Assembly: GCA_977862235.1 (NCBI GenBank)
Contig: OZ374561.1
Location: 868,001-932,000 of the forward strand
DNA: 64,000 nt
Source of the DNA: Dudresnaya verticillata
Taxonomy: Eukaryota
Direction: 5' to 3'
Every line of letters starts with the position of its first letter. Position 1 is the first letter of the stretch. A program made the position numbers and the translations under genes. Below the pieces are notes generated by a model. That model was not told the origin of the DNA, did not search any database, and saw only the letters and a list, made by a program, of their open reading frames with translations. Of this stretch, positions 11,116-22,239 are shown one piece after another.

Positions 11116-12888
11116 CTACGCCTTCCTTCGTTTCTGAGAAGCTTGAATAGCAATCCTAAGCTTCCTGGCTAGGTCGAGACGCCCACCTTTCCAGCACGTT
11201 TCCACAACGAGTGCGTACAACGCGCGTGGAGGTTCAAACTGGTATCGATCTTGGAGATATCGCAATTGCTCCACTGACTCCTCTGCCGCGCTGCACACTC
11301 GCAACGCCTGAAATAGAGCAAATGTAGGATTGCCACTGGCAGCCGCCGATGCGCGAGAACTCCAGCTCCCGTTGACTCCCTGATATGGAATTCTATGGAC
11401 CAAGCCCGTAGACAGATCCCTTTGCTTTTCGAATTCACGATAAATACCAAGCACAGACTCGGTATCACGCTTCAAGCCGGCAGCCCGCAACATCGACGAA
11501 AACAAACAGTCGTCAAGATGGTCTGTCTTCTTACGCATCGCACTCAGCAGGATTCGGGCAGCGGTCTCGTCACCGCGCTCAATGCACAGTGCTAAATAGA
11601 CACTCTCCGTTATCACAGTCTGCTGCAGTCGTCGCTGCATCAGCTCCTGATAAGCCACTCCGACCGTATTGAAGTCACCCATTAGCAGTGCTGAATACAT
11701 AACGCCGTTATAATAATCAATCTCAAAGGGTCCCTCGTTAGTGGCCTTCGGGTCATGAAACATACCAGATTGCAGCGCAAACTCCATGACTACAGTAGCA
11801 GCTTCAACGTCAAGCCCGGCTACACAAACCTTGAAGCATTCATACACAAATTTGGGAGTCAACGACAGCTGGGAACTGCGTACAAAGCGAAATATCGAAA
11901 GCGCTCTCTCTGGACGTCGTTCCACAACTGGATCTTGAGCAACGACCTGCAGAACGGCCGTGAAAGCTTCAATGCCAGGGTACACTTGAAACACATCCAA
12001 GCTTCGCAACATGACTTCGCACGCCAAGTCCGCGCCCTTTGCCGAGAGGTAACTAATCGCATTTGTCTTCTCCGCCTCGAGGAGGGTAGCTTCCACCAAT
12101 GCGACATAGGTCGCGTCGGAAGGCCGAAAAGGGAGAGACCCGCAATGTTTCCTGGCAGCTTCAAAAAGTTGCATCGCGATAAAAACCGGTCTTTGGGTGG
12201 CTTGCAGGCAAGAACAGAAGGCGGTTTCAAAGGCGGCGGCAGCAAGCTCTGACGGGGACTGCATGCTCGCCGGCAATGCCACCGGAATCAGGCGCTTCCT
12301 TCCCGGCGCCAACCCACGCCACTCCCGGGCCGTGCCCTGTGAAAGACGCGACTTGGGACAATTTTTCGCAGTCGAGCCTTTGCCTGCGCTACTCTCTGAA
12401 GAGTTTGCGCTCTCTCCAGCTTCTCGCTTTCTCCCTCTAGACCTGGATTTCCGGCTCGACTCACCCTTCTGCCTGCGGGCCGCGCCGCGATCCGCGCCCT
12501 TGTCGCGCTTGTGCGGTTTGGACAACACAGACGCATCCACAGTAGGACTTCCTTTCGCGTTCTGCACATCCTGCGAAGGCTTGAGCGCAGTGGCTCTACG
12601 CGACTCTGCGCCTCCTTTGGCTGCAGAGCGGGGACCAGCACGCGGCTTTCTGGTCGCGGCCGCCTTCTTGCGTTCTTTGCCGTGTTTTTCGGTTGGCGGG
12701 GAGATCTGCGACAAGTGCTTGGTGGAGGCGAATCGTGTTAGGGAAAGGGTGTGAACACATGGTGCGGTCGGGTCTGCTCGGTACGTAGGTGCTCGGAACG
12801 TGTGACAAGGCACGACGCTACCGCTTCGGTAAGCAGTGCGGGCTGAGCGCGCAGCCAGAGCGGTAGCGGAGAGCGTACGAAGAAGCAT
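11116..12888 (-). CDS. Organelle-targeted helical-repeat (PPR-like) protein
   Basis: R/S/A-rich N-terminal transit-like peptide and a basic low-complexity linker. Degenerate ~35-aa repeats follow (PSDATYVALVEA, PGIEAFTAVLQV, DYYNGVMYSA, DDCLFSSMLRAAG, PPRALYALVVETCWKGGRLDLA). Confidence 0.7.
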   Translation of the reverse strand: MLLRTLSATALAARSARTAYRSGSVVPCHTFRAPTYRADPTAPCVHTLSLTRFASTKHLSQISPPTEKHGKERKKAAATRKPRAGPRSAAKGGAESRRATALKPSQDVQNAKGSPTVDASVLSKPHKRDKGADRGAARRQKGESSRKSRSRGRKREAGESANSSESSAGKGSTAKNCPKSRLSQGTAREWRGLAPGRKRLIPVALPASMQSPSELAAAAFETAFCSCLQATQRPVFIAMQLFEAARKHCGSLPFRPSDATYVALVEATLLEAEKTNAISYLSAKGADLACEVMLRSLDVFQVYPGIEAFTAVLQVVAQDPVVERRPERALSIFRFVRSSQLSLTPKFVYECFKVCVAGLDVEAATVVMEFALQSGMFHDPKATNEGPFEIDYYNGVMYSALLMGDFNTVGVAYQELMQRRLQQTVITESVYLALCIERGDETAARILLSAMRKKTDHLDDCLFSSMLRAAGLKRDTESVLGIYREFEKQRDLSTGLVHRIPYQGVNGSWSSRASAAASGNPTFALFQALRVCSAAEESVEQLRYLQDRYQFEPPRALYALVVETCWKGGRLDLARKLRIAIQASQKRRKA

Positions 12889-13396
12889 TCATAGGCACAA
12901 GGCGGTGGGAAGGATCTGCAGAGGACCTGGAATTGCGACCTGGCGGCCGCGTCCCAGAAGCTTGGGGGAGAGTGAGAACGGAGTTGTGTCGATGTGCTGC
13001 AGAGCGATCAAGCTCGCCGACGACTTCTAACGACGCCGGTCTTACAGTGTTGAGCGGAACAACATACAGTGCATGTGGAACAATGGAACGAAAGTGGAAC
13101 GAGTTGAGTATTTTTTATCATAAAACTGATTAGAAATCTGGCAGGCGGCAGATTTGTGCAAGATCTCGCAGTAAGCTCGGCCATTGTGCCGCCTTGACTC
13201 CGCCACTCGCCCCCTCGACACTGGACATCGCACGAAGCATAGCATCCTCGACAGAATCCCAGGTCTGTATCAGATGGAAAGAGCAGCAAGAGCGAACAAG
13301 TAAACTCAAAAGCTAGTACGACTATTGGTGAGTCTCTTGGTGAGACCGAACTATTAACAGATGGACGGCATCAACAAAGGTTTTACGCACTTCTCG

Positions 13397-13434
13397 GAGA
13401 GGGGGAGAGAGGGAGAGAGAGAGGGAGAGAGAGA
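13397..13434. repeat. GA-rich microsatellite
   Basis: gagagggggagagagggagagagagggagagagagagg, 3' of the glyoxalase gene. Confidence 0.7.
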
Positions 13435-13498
13435 GGCGTGTCCTCCATGGACGATACCGACAAATCTTGACGAGGTTTCAGAGCATAGTAACACAGCG

Positions 13499-14298
13499 CT
13501 AACACTTTGGATTGGTGCTCAGTTCAATAAGCAAGCCGCTGGTTGGGTCCTTGAAAAAAAGCTTCAGCGTTGAGCAATACGAGATACAGCAAAGAAAAAA
13601 AAAAAGTTAGTTCGGTGGCGCAACGTTGGCGTGTGAAAGGGGTGTAGAAAGAATATCGGGAATTGGACCGAGTCTCAATGTTCAAAACGCACGCTCAGAG
13701 GCAAGTGCCAAAGAACAGGCGGCGCGTAGCGTAGTGCAGAACAGAAGATGTGTATGAGTCAGGCTGTGGGTCTCGCAGCGAGCGACCAGACCAATCTCGG
13801 GACGACGCATGCAGTACGCCTCGTAGACCGAATAGTGTAAGATCAGTAACGTACCTGGCGAAGGTCATCCTCGGGATAGTCGCGTTCGAGAAAGCAAACC
13901 TTGTTGCGGTTGAGCGTGTCAAGCACGCGGTTCCAGTCGGAGCGTGCAGGGTCTTCGCTCCACTTGCAGAGGAAGGAGAGGTGGTCGTCGCAGGGGTCGA
14001 TGTCTGCCTCGGGCAGGGGTGCGCGCGGCGCGGTTGCGGGGTGCGCGCAATCCGGCTTGATGAAGTGCAGCTCCAGGCCGAGCCCGCACACCCACGCGCC
14101 GTCGAACGACCGCTCAAACGCGGCCGGTCGCTTGAGCCGCTTGAAGCCCAGCACGGTCTCGAAGAACGCGGCCGTGTCGCGCGGCGACGGCACCGCGAAC
14201 GAGATGTGGTTGACAGCCATCAGCGGCAGCCGCGCCAGCGGCACCGGCGCCGGCACCGGCGCGGCGTCGCCGTGGTGGGAGGGTGCGGAGCGGGCCAT
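13499..14298 (-). CDS. VOC superfamily / glyoxalase I-like protein; 2 exons: 14298-13855 and 13561-13499
   Basis: Motifs AVNHISFAV, TAAFFETVLGFKRLKRP, FDGAWV, LELHFI, DDHLSF. Donor CAG|GTACGT at 13854, branch ACTAAC plus poly-T and acceptor AAG at 13562 give the expected C-terminal strand LRQ|LFFKDPTSGLLIELSTNPKC*. Confidence 0.88.
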
Positions 14299-17200
14299 GG
14301 GAGAGTGCGTCGGGGCGCGGCGAGGGCGGGCGGGCGCGGGGGCGGCGGGCGGGTGGGCGGCGTGCGAGCTGCGTGCGCGGGGCGACCGCTGCGCGCGCAG
14401 GCGCGGCGGTATTTGTACGTCGCGCGCGCATGCGCGCGAGCGGAGACGGCGCGGGCTTTGCGCGCGCGGGGGGCGGGGGCGGGACGGGCGACGCGGTTGG
14501 GTGCGGCGTCGGGGGCGATAGCGTGACGAGGACAGGACCGGTGCGGGACGGGTCAGGCCGTGCTAACCCTAGCTGGCGATGGCGGTATCTGCGGGCGTTT
14601 GCAGCGCGGCCAATGCGCGCGCGGCGCGCGCGGCGCTTGGGAATCTGCGCGGCGAATATCTGCAAAAATCTTGCGGCGCGGCGCGAGCGCGTTGTGCTCC
14701 CCGCACGCGGCCGCGCGTCGCTTGAGAACGCAATCTCCGCGCGCCGCGCTTCTTCTCGCTGTCCGCGGCGCGCCAACCTTACGCGTCACTTGCGCTGCGC
14801 GGACTGCGCGGTTTGTCGGCTGCTCGCCGTTCATTGGTTTGCCGCTTGCATGCGTGGGGTTCAACCTTCTGCCATTCAACCGCCTGCCATTCGCACCGGC
14901 GCAGCAAGCGCCACCAGTCCTCTCTCATCAGTCCTATCGCGCAGAGTCGCAGCCCGCCGAGCCCGACCGGATCACCACCACGCACCCCGCACTGGCGACG
15001 CCTTTCTCCGCCGCGACGGTTCCGTCTCCTCAAAGCCCAGTCTCAAAGCCATTCAAAAATAACTAAACTAGTGCTACCCACGCGCCGCAACAGCGCCGTC
15101 ACACCGCGTCACAACGCAACCCGTGCGGCTCCGCCGCCGCGATCAAGCGTCGCTGCGCTGTGGAAAAGTCCCACTCGCTCACCGCGCACGGCGGTTTACC
15201 GGTGCTTCCCGGACGTCCACCTCGATTATACAGTATGCAATGGCCCTGCCCTACCCCTCCGTCATCAATTCGGCCTAATATATGTGTCGCGTTGCAACTC
15301 GCAACCGCCCCTGCCTTGCTGCCTGCCTCCTTTCAATGCAAATAAGTGCCCTGCAGCTCTTCACTTCCGCAATACTGTAGCGTTTCCATAGAAAGCTTGT
15401 CTGCAACCCGACCTTGCGCAGATGGTGCAATGCACCAACCTACCCTATATCTGCCTTCCTGCGACATTCTGCACACCATGTTTTTCATCTTCACCATCTT
15501 CCTGTATGCCCTGGGTCGAATGGGCCTGGCCCATCTCCATACCAATGTCTCCAATCCTTTTGCAGAAAGATCCAACTCAACTTTGCCGTACAGTATAACA
15601 TTGTTCACCTCGTGTCCAGCGTAGCTGCTAACCACCCCACTCGCTCAGTCTTGAGACAACAATACTTTACTGTAGTACCTACAGCCACTCTCATGCTACT
15701 CCAAACACCAAATACATGTACTCACTCTGCAGACAACATCAGCTGCAACTACACTGTACTGTACCATACAATCGATGCAAATACCAGCATAGTCTTGTTA
15801 CTAACATGTTACAGAGTCCAAATATATCCAGTGTGTCTTCAAGCATTTCCGTATAATCTTGTCTACTTGCCTACCGATTCGCCGTTCGAAGCAGTTTCGT
15901 TGCATTCATTCTTTCTTTCGCGCTACAGGATGCTCTTGAAAATCTTTTGTTCCCAACCCTTCTGAATCCAGCAAACTCGCGCAAGCAGCTAAATAACATA
16001 TTATTGTGTTGCGCTCCACGCCCAGGCAGCGGTCGCGGAAAATCAGCCATACCCACCTCTCTGAAACACATTTATCCCGAGCATATTTTCCTTCTGCTTA
16101 AGGTTGGCACCGAGTGTACGACAGTACAACCATTTCCATTTTTTTGGCCCACTCGCTCCATACTGAACGCAGCGGCAATGACTTAGAATCTAACTATCCA
16201 CCGCTTACATGAGTTTAAGCTTTAAGCCCTCGCTTCGTCCATGATTTGGCCAGTCTACTACACTCGCCTCTTGTACAATACAATAGTTGAGTAATAACAC
16301 TTTTACTACAGCATTTAAACCATAAAACAATTCTTTTATGGACTGTGCTTGGCTCTTCCCGATTACTACACCAGATACCGTCTATTGAGAGCGCAAGTTG
16401 GTGATTCTGTTCAACTTTAACTTGATTTTTTCCTGACTCGGGACTCGCCGGCAACCAATCTTCGTCCTCTAGACAAGGAGCAAGGGGTGCATTGAATCTT
16501 CATCACCAGCAGGCTCTAATGGAAAAGAAAACATCAACTTGCATGTACGCATGAGCCACAAGCGAGTGGGCTTGTTAGGGCCAGTTGATTATTCTGCTGG
16601 AGTTTGTATCGCACCCTTGTTCTGTTTGTTCCGACTTGAACGCTCATAGCTTGAGTAAGGGTGCCCAACCAGAACTACGGGCGTAGGACTACATCCTACA
16701 ATGGCTGATACGTAGTGGTGTTCTTTATGTCTACCACAAGTGCATGATACTGGACAGTGTTGCGTCCAGCGGGCACGCGTGATAAGCAGGTCAAGCGACA
16801 ATCATCACGAGCCCTCAGTTTCCCAGGTAGCAGCTCAGGATGATACCAGAAGACGGATGGGTGGCACTGCCTCCAATTTAGCCTCCCGTTGTACCGCTAG
16901 AAGCCGAAAAAAGTTTTTTTTTTCTTTTAGCTGACGAGCTGGAACCTTTCCTGGTGAGATCGAAAGTTGTGTAGGCACAAGCAACACACGAATCATGGAT
17001 ACGTACGTTATCGCGAACCTGCAAACGATCACCTGCAGCAGTTCTCAATGTGAAACTACCTGTGAGTCACAGGCTGTGACGCCATTCTGCATGTTCGCAA
17101 TCTATTGATTCAAACAAAACATTATTATTACAGTGTCTACTCACTCCTTGTTATAAGAATGCTTCGATAAAGGAATATCCGCGGTAAAGGAATATGTCTT

Positions 17201-17910
17201 TCGTCCACCGACCCGGTTCCGTTGAAATCAGCTAGTATATGAGGTCTGCAAGAATGTGTGATATGGGAATACAGAACCCGAAAGTCATCCGCCGTGGCCC
17301 GCAAAACAGCTCACGTATGAGGGCCACATTCCTCGATAGTAAGAATATGACTTCGGTGCCTGATGTTGATGGTGGCATTAGGCCCTGCAGAGCACCCAGT
17401 AAACTTGTGAGGCAGAATTTGCATTAGTAGATCCTGCGAGGAGTATTGAAACACTGAGGAAGGCGCTACTGAGAACAACGCATCGCTACAACACATGTCA
17501 ATTGGAGAGAAGCTGAATGTATCTCTGTTGCGAAATGGGCTACTTGATGACTCTGAAGGCATCCCCTCATCAGCCGATGTTACCTTAGCCGCGTTCAGTA
17601 GTCTCTGACGCGCCATAGAAGTCAGAAGATGTCCCAGACGACGATAGAGCAATTCCTGAGCAAGTAAAGCAACTTAATCGGTGTTTTGAAAGAGTGTTCC
17701 AACACTTCCTCCATATATTCCCCAATGCGATAAAGGAATATGAACCCGTCCACCATGATCATTCTAATAACAAGGAATGTCTGTAGCTTCGTTTCGCATG
17801 GAGCTCACACCTGCCAGGCAGGTTGTGTGGCGAAACCTAGTGACAGCCGCCAGGTTCACACACATCAGCAAAGGCGACAGGAGCAGGAAGGACTGTACAG
17901 TCGTGGTGTA

Positions 17911-17952
17911 CAGGTACCGTACAGTCCTGTACACTAGGACTGTACGGTCCTG
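17911..17952. repeat. Short inverted repeat (13-bp perfect stem, 7-nt loop, plus 4 bp after a bulge)
   Basis: ACCGTACAGTCCT (17916-17928), loop gtacact, AGGACTGTACGGT (17936-17948), with flanking CAGG/CCTG. Confidence 0.7.
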
Positions 17953-18484
17953 GTCGAGCGCGGGAGCCAAGGACAACTTTGTGTGTCCTTCGCGTTGCCG
18001 TTTGTTGATCAAAATCGGAATCGAAGAAAGCAGCCGGAAGGTAAAATACGTCACCATGCGGTGCAGCGCCATAGAGCTGCTTGAACCTCAGAACGCCAAA
18101 GGAAACAGAATCCTGGCCGTGTTAAACAGAACATTAGGTAATGAACCGTTCGCACCAATCAATCAGAACAACGCACGCACCATCTGTGCCATTTTGCTGA
18201 TCCGCGCGACCTTCCCACGGTGTCTTTCTCAGACGGAGACCTGAGTGCGGCCCCTGCGCTCAACACTGCACCTAGCTGTTCCTTTCGCACGGCGGATCGT
18301 CGATGCCCGCCCGCTTCACCGTTGTTATATGTCTCTGTGTCTTCCCGTCGACGGTACCAATGCCCATTTCCTCTCGGACACCTTGCAGCGCCAGAACTGC
18401 TTTTTCAGCTCTTCCAACCTACTTGGCTGATTCGCGTATTCACTGCATCTAGCCGTAAAGAAACGCCTGCCGCGCTGTCGCAAA

Positions 18485-19561
18485 ATGGAATGGACAGGTC
18501 TGCCGCGCGCCTTTGTGCCAACTAACGAGCTCCGCGCTTCGAGAGACGTCCTCGTTCCGACCAAGAAGCAAGCCATTGCTTCTCCCTTCCCGTTCGGCTT
18601 GAGTGTGTACACGAAGCCCCATGAAGACTCCTCTGACCCTGCAGTGCCCCTCCCGCTCTTCTTTGTGTCGGAGAAGGTTGCCAAGGACCGTTCACCTTCG
18701 GTCAGTATGTATAACGGGCCTGGCGTAACGCCGGGTTGGTACGTCGTTGCGAGTCCTGGCACTCGCTTCTCCGTGCGCGTCACGAAAGTTAATCGTCGAG
18801 AGGTGACTAAACCCAAAGAAAACGGGTTTAATACTTCTTTTGAAATTGATAGGGCCCATTCGAACGTTTGGTTTGGCTGGTTTTCGAAGGACAGCGGGGT
18901 TGAGCATACGAGCAATGGCTTCACTGAGAAATACACAACGGATTGTTTTGGGAATATGAGCATTATTGTGCGCCCTTTCTGCTTTGAGAAGATGGTCTGT
19001 GTTACAGAAGGGGAGCGCGAGACATCAGATCTAGAGCGTTCGGATTCCGGCATGGGCTGCATCCGACTGTTGGTGCAAGTTGGGAACAGAGTACGAATGA
19101 GATCTTACAGAGATGAAGCGTCATTTGAGGTAGAGGGTCAAAAGAATGCCGACGAGAAGGCTGCGGCAAAGCTGGGAATGAGTTTGAAAGTAGCCAGGAA
19201 GATGGAATGCGTGCAAGAAAAAGCAACGATCTCGTCGTACGGCCTCTCGGGGGCGCGAACGCTCAAAGAAGCTTCTGTTTCTGTTTTCATTCGGGAAGCG
19301 TCGTGGATGCGTTCGAGAAGGCTTATCAATGATGAGGGCCAAGCATGCACCTACCAGAACTACAGGGACCTAGTGAAGAGCGATAACGCTCCCAAATCTA
19401 GCAGAGGAATGGGAGCCGACAGACGCAATGAGAACGAGAGACCCAAGAAGAAGCCAAGAAGAATTCGACCGAAAGAGGAGGCTGAAGATGCAGCGAAATC
19501 TGAGCCTTCCCTAGACGAAGTGGAGGTAGTTTGTCATCAAACCGCTGGTTCCTATCCATGA
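18485..19561 (+). CDS. Uncharacterised DUF7918-like nuclear protein, paralog A
   Basis: 358 aa, colinear with 20749-21837 and 28691-29758 (SPFPFGL.VY, PLPLF.VSE.VA.DRS, PGWY.VA.P.T.FS.R.TKVN, RPF.F.K, EK.A.K.G.SLKV, F.RE.SWMRSRRLI). NLS RPKKKPRR. The DUF7918 assignment rests on remembered motif order, not on a search. Confidence 0.85.
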   Translation: MEWTGLPRAFVPTNELRASRDVLVPTKKQAIASPFPFGLSVYTKPHEDSSDPAVPLPLFFVSEKVAKDRSPSVSMYNGPGVTPGWYVVASPGTRFSVRVTKVNRREVTKPKENGFNTSFEIDRAHSNVWFGWFSKDSGVEHTSNGFTEKYTTDCFGNMSIIVRPFCFEKMVCVTEGERETSDLERSDSGMGCIRLLVQVGNRVRMRSYRDEASFEVEGQKNADEKAAAKLGMSLKVARKMECVQEKATISSYGLSGARTLKEASVSVFIREASWMRSRRLINDEGQACTYQNYRDLVKSDNAPKSSRGMGADRRNENERPKKKPRRIRPKEEAEDAAKSEPSLDEVEVVCHQTAGSYP

Positions 19562-20395
19562 TGCGAACAACAGCTTTCGGGAAAGGATGCACGTCACACA
19601 CATACCTGATTTTTCCATATCACTGTGGTTGCAACTGCTGTGCTGTCGCCAGCATTCACACCTAGGGCTGACTGCTGAGCATGGAAGAGAACCGTTTGGG
19701 AATCGAAGAAACAGTGGATGAAAGACTTGCGCAATGCGTACTTTTCTTGGCCTTCCATGGAGTGACATTGTGGGTCCATGCGAGTATCGTTTTGCATGCA
19801 CGTGCAAGTAAACGAAAATGATACCGAGAGACGATGTGAACCATGAGGCGTGAGGCACAGTCTTGAGCCAGTAAAGCGGGCAGCTCGCTTATGCCTGGAA
19901 CGGATTGTTCTGCGTGCGAAAAGGAATTGAGCGAGGTGACTTTTGGGGCTTGCGACTGTGCGGCGGCGCTACGCTGAATCAGGTAGCATTTTGGTATCGG
20001 CAGATCATCTTACCTCTATGTACTGTTCGTATAGTATATGATTCTCACTATCGGGACGGAGGGACTGCACTTCTCTCTGCAGTGACTGCCATGCGTTCCG
20101 TGCTTTCGAAGGGTTCAACTAAAAATCCGCTTTCATCGTCACGATCCGCCTTGTGTTTTGGAACATGACTTCCACTCGAAATGCGGTCACACTATTAGCA
20201 GCGAAACTTCCACGTAGCGTGAAATGATTGGAAACTGTGATTGCATCGGCGAAGAAACATCCAAGCATGAACGGCCACGTGCCTCCCAATCTAAATATCT
20301 CAAGAGCAGCGAGCGAGCTCTTGTGCGGATAAGGTAAGTAATGTGGTGCTCCGCATGTGGCAGGCGGGGCCGCTTTCGCTTGCAGTTTCTACTCG

Positions 20396-20457
20396 CGCTT
20401 TCGCTTCGCAGCCCCCGATCTGACCGCAGGCTCGCTCGCTTTCGCTTCGCAGCCCCC
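20396..20457. repeat. 21-bp direct repeat upstream of paralog B
   Basis: cgctttcgcttcgcagccccc at 20396 and 20437. A 12-bp tandem (ttgcggctcagc x2) also lies near 20515-20540. Confidence 0.65.
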
Positions 20458-20748
20458 ATGCATGCAGATCGAGATGCTTTCGCTTCCCCAGCTCCCTCAT
20501 GCTCTTCATTCTCATTGCGGCTCAGCTTGCGGCTCAGCTTGGTCGCCACAGTCTCAACGCTGGTGAGTCGCAGCGACAGCGGCGACCAGGGTTCATCGGT
20601 TCCTTGAGAGAAATCGAGAATTGTTTCAGATTACACTCAGCAGTGCCCGCTCGGCGGGCGTTGCATGGGCGCCTCCAATTCAATGAACTGCCCCGCATCT
20701 TCGCTCGCGCTAACCGGAGAGAACCGCCAGGCACACCGCTCTCGCAAA

Positions 20749-21837
20749 ATGACTTTTCGGGATGGTTTGCCACGCGCCGTTGTGCCAACGGACAAGCTCC
20801 ACGCCTCGAGAGACGTCCTTGTTCCGACTAGCCAGCAAGTTATTGCTTCCCCGTTCCCATTCGGCTTGGGTGTATACGAACAGCCTCCTGAAGGTTCTGT
20901 AGCCTAGGCAACGCCGCTCCCACTCTTCTATGTGTCAGAGAAGGTAGCTAACGACCGTTCGCAAGCGGCTTGTATGTACAACGCACCTGGTGTTTTGCCA
21001 GGTTGGTACGTCGTTGCGACTCCCGGTACTCGTTTCAGTATTCGCACAACAAAAGTTAATCGTTCGAAAGTGACCATATCCGATGAGGATGCGTTTCTTA
21101 CTGGTGTTGAGATTGATGGGATACGCAGCAACCATCAGACTTTGTGGTCTTTGAACGGTTGGGCAACTGAGCATGAGAAATATGGTTTCCTCGAGAACTA
21201 CATTTCCGATTGCTCCGGGAATCTCATCACAACTATACGACCTTTTTGCTTTCAAAGAGCGTTCTATGGTACAGAAGGGGAGCGAGTTTGCGATACATCC
21301 GCACCCTATGGCTCCAATTCCAGCAAGGCTTGTATCTGGCTGAAGGTGAAAGTCGGAAAGAAAGTGCAAATCAAAAGTCGTGCTATAGAACGGGAGTATG
21401 TATACGAGCATACATTTGAGGATGAAGAGAAAGTCAGCGAGAAGGTAGCTACAAAGCTGGGAATGAGTTTGAAGGTTGCAAGGGACTAGCAATTTATTCA
21501 AGTAACAAAAAAGAACTCGTCGAAGAACATATACGATATCACTGAAGCGCGAACGATGAAGGAAGCTTCTGTTTCTGTTTTTGTTCGAGAATCGTCGTGG
21601 ATGCGTTCGAGAAGGCTAATCAACGATAAAGGTCAAGCATGCACTTACGAGGAATATAGGGAGCTGGTGGAGAGCGACAACTCGTCCCAATATGTCAGCA
21701 GTAAGGCATTCAGTGGAGTCCACAACAGGAAAGGCACACCCAAGAAAGAGCACACAAGCATCCGCATCAAGAAGGAGGCTGGGTGTGCTCGGAGAGTTGA
21801 ATCATCGCTGTCTGAAGAGGTCATAACTTTGGATTGA
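20749..21837 (+). pseudogene. DUF7918-like paralog B, full length but interrupted by two in-frame TAG codons
   Basis: ATG 20749 (MTFRDGLPRAVVPTDKLHASRDVLVP). TAG 20905-20907 aligns to Pro in paralogs A and C; TAG 21487-21489 aligns to Met. No frameshift; ends EEVITLD-TGA 21837. Confidence 0.8.
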
Positions 21838-21862
21838 AACTGCCATCATCTAGCGAGGATAC

Positions 21863-22203
21863 TGTGAACCTGTAACGAAAGATAGTAGTCTTTTACGACG
21901 GCTGATAACTTGTACCTCCTCCACAGTGTGTGCCGAGACCTGCCCTACTTATGTGGCACTACTGGTCTCAGCTCTAACCGTTAGATCACTACCAAAAGGC
22001 TCTACTACAGACTCTGTCCGATACTACTATTTGACTAGGGCTGAACGAAAAGGTAACTACTCGTGTTTGTCCCTATTCACGTCCGATCTTACTCATCTTA
22101 ATCCGCCCCCGGTTTCATTGTAGTTCCCTTATGAGGTAATCCGAGATTAGCTGGGCCTTGGGCCAAGCACATTCCTGGTTTGCACGTGGCAACATTCTCT
22201 ACA
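21863..22203 (-). repeat. 3' LTR (341 bp)
   Basis: tgtgaacctg...ttctctaca. Differs from the other LTR by 3 substitutions and one 3-bp indel. Confidence 0.97.
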
Positions 22204-22239
22204 GGGCCCCATGCTTGTGTGACGTGCTTACACCAAGCA

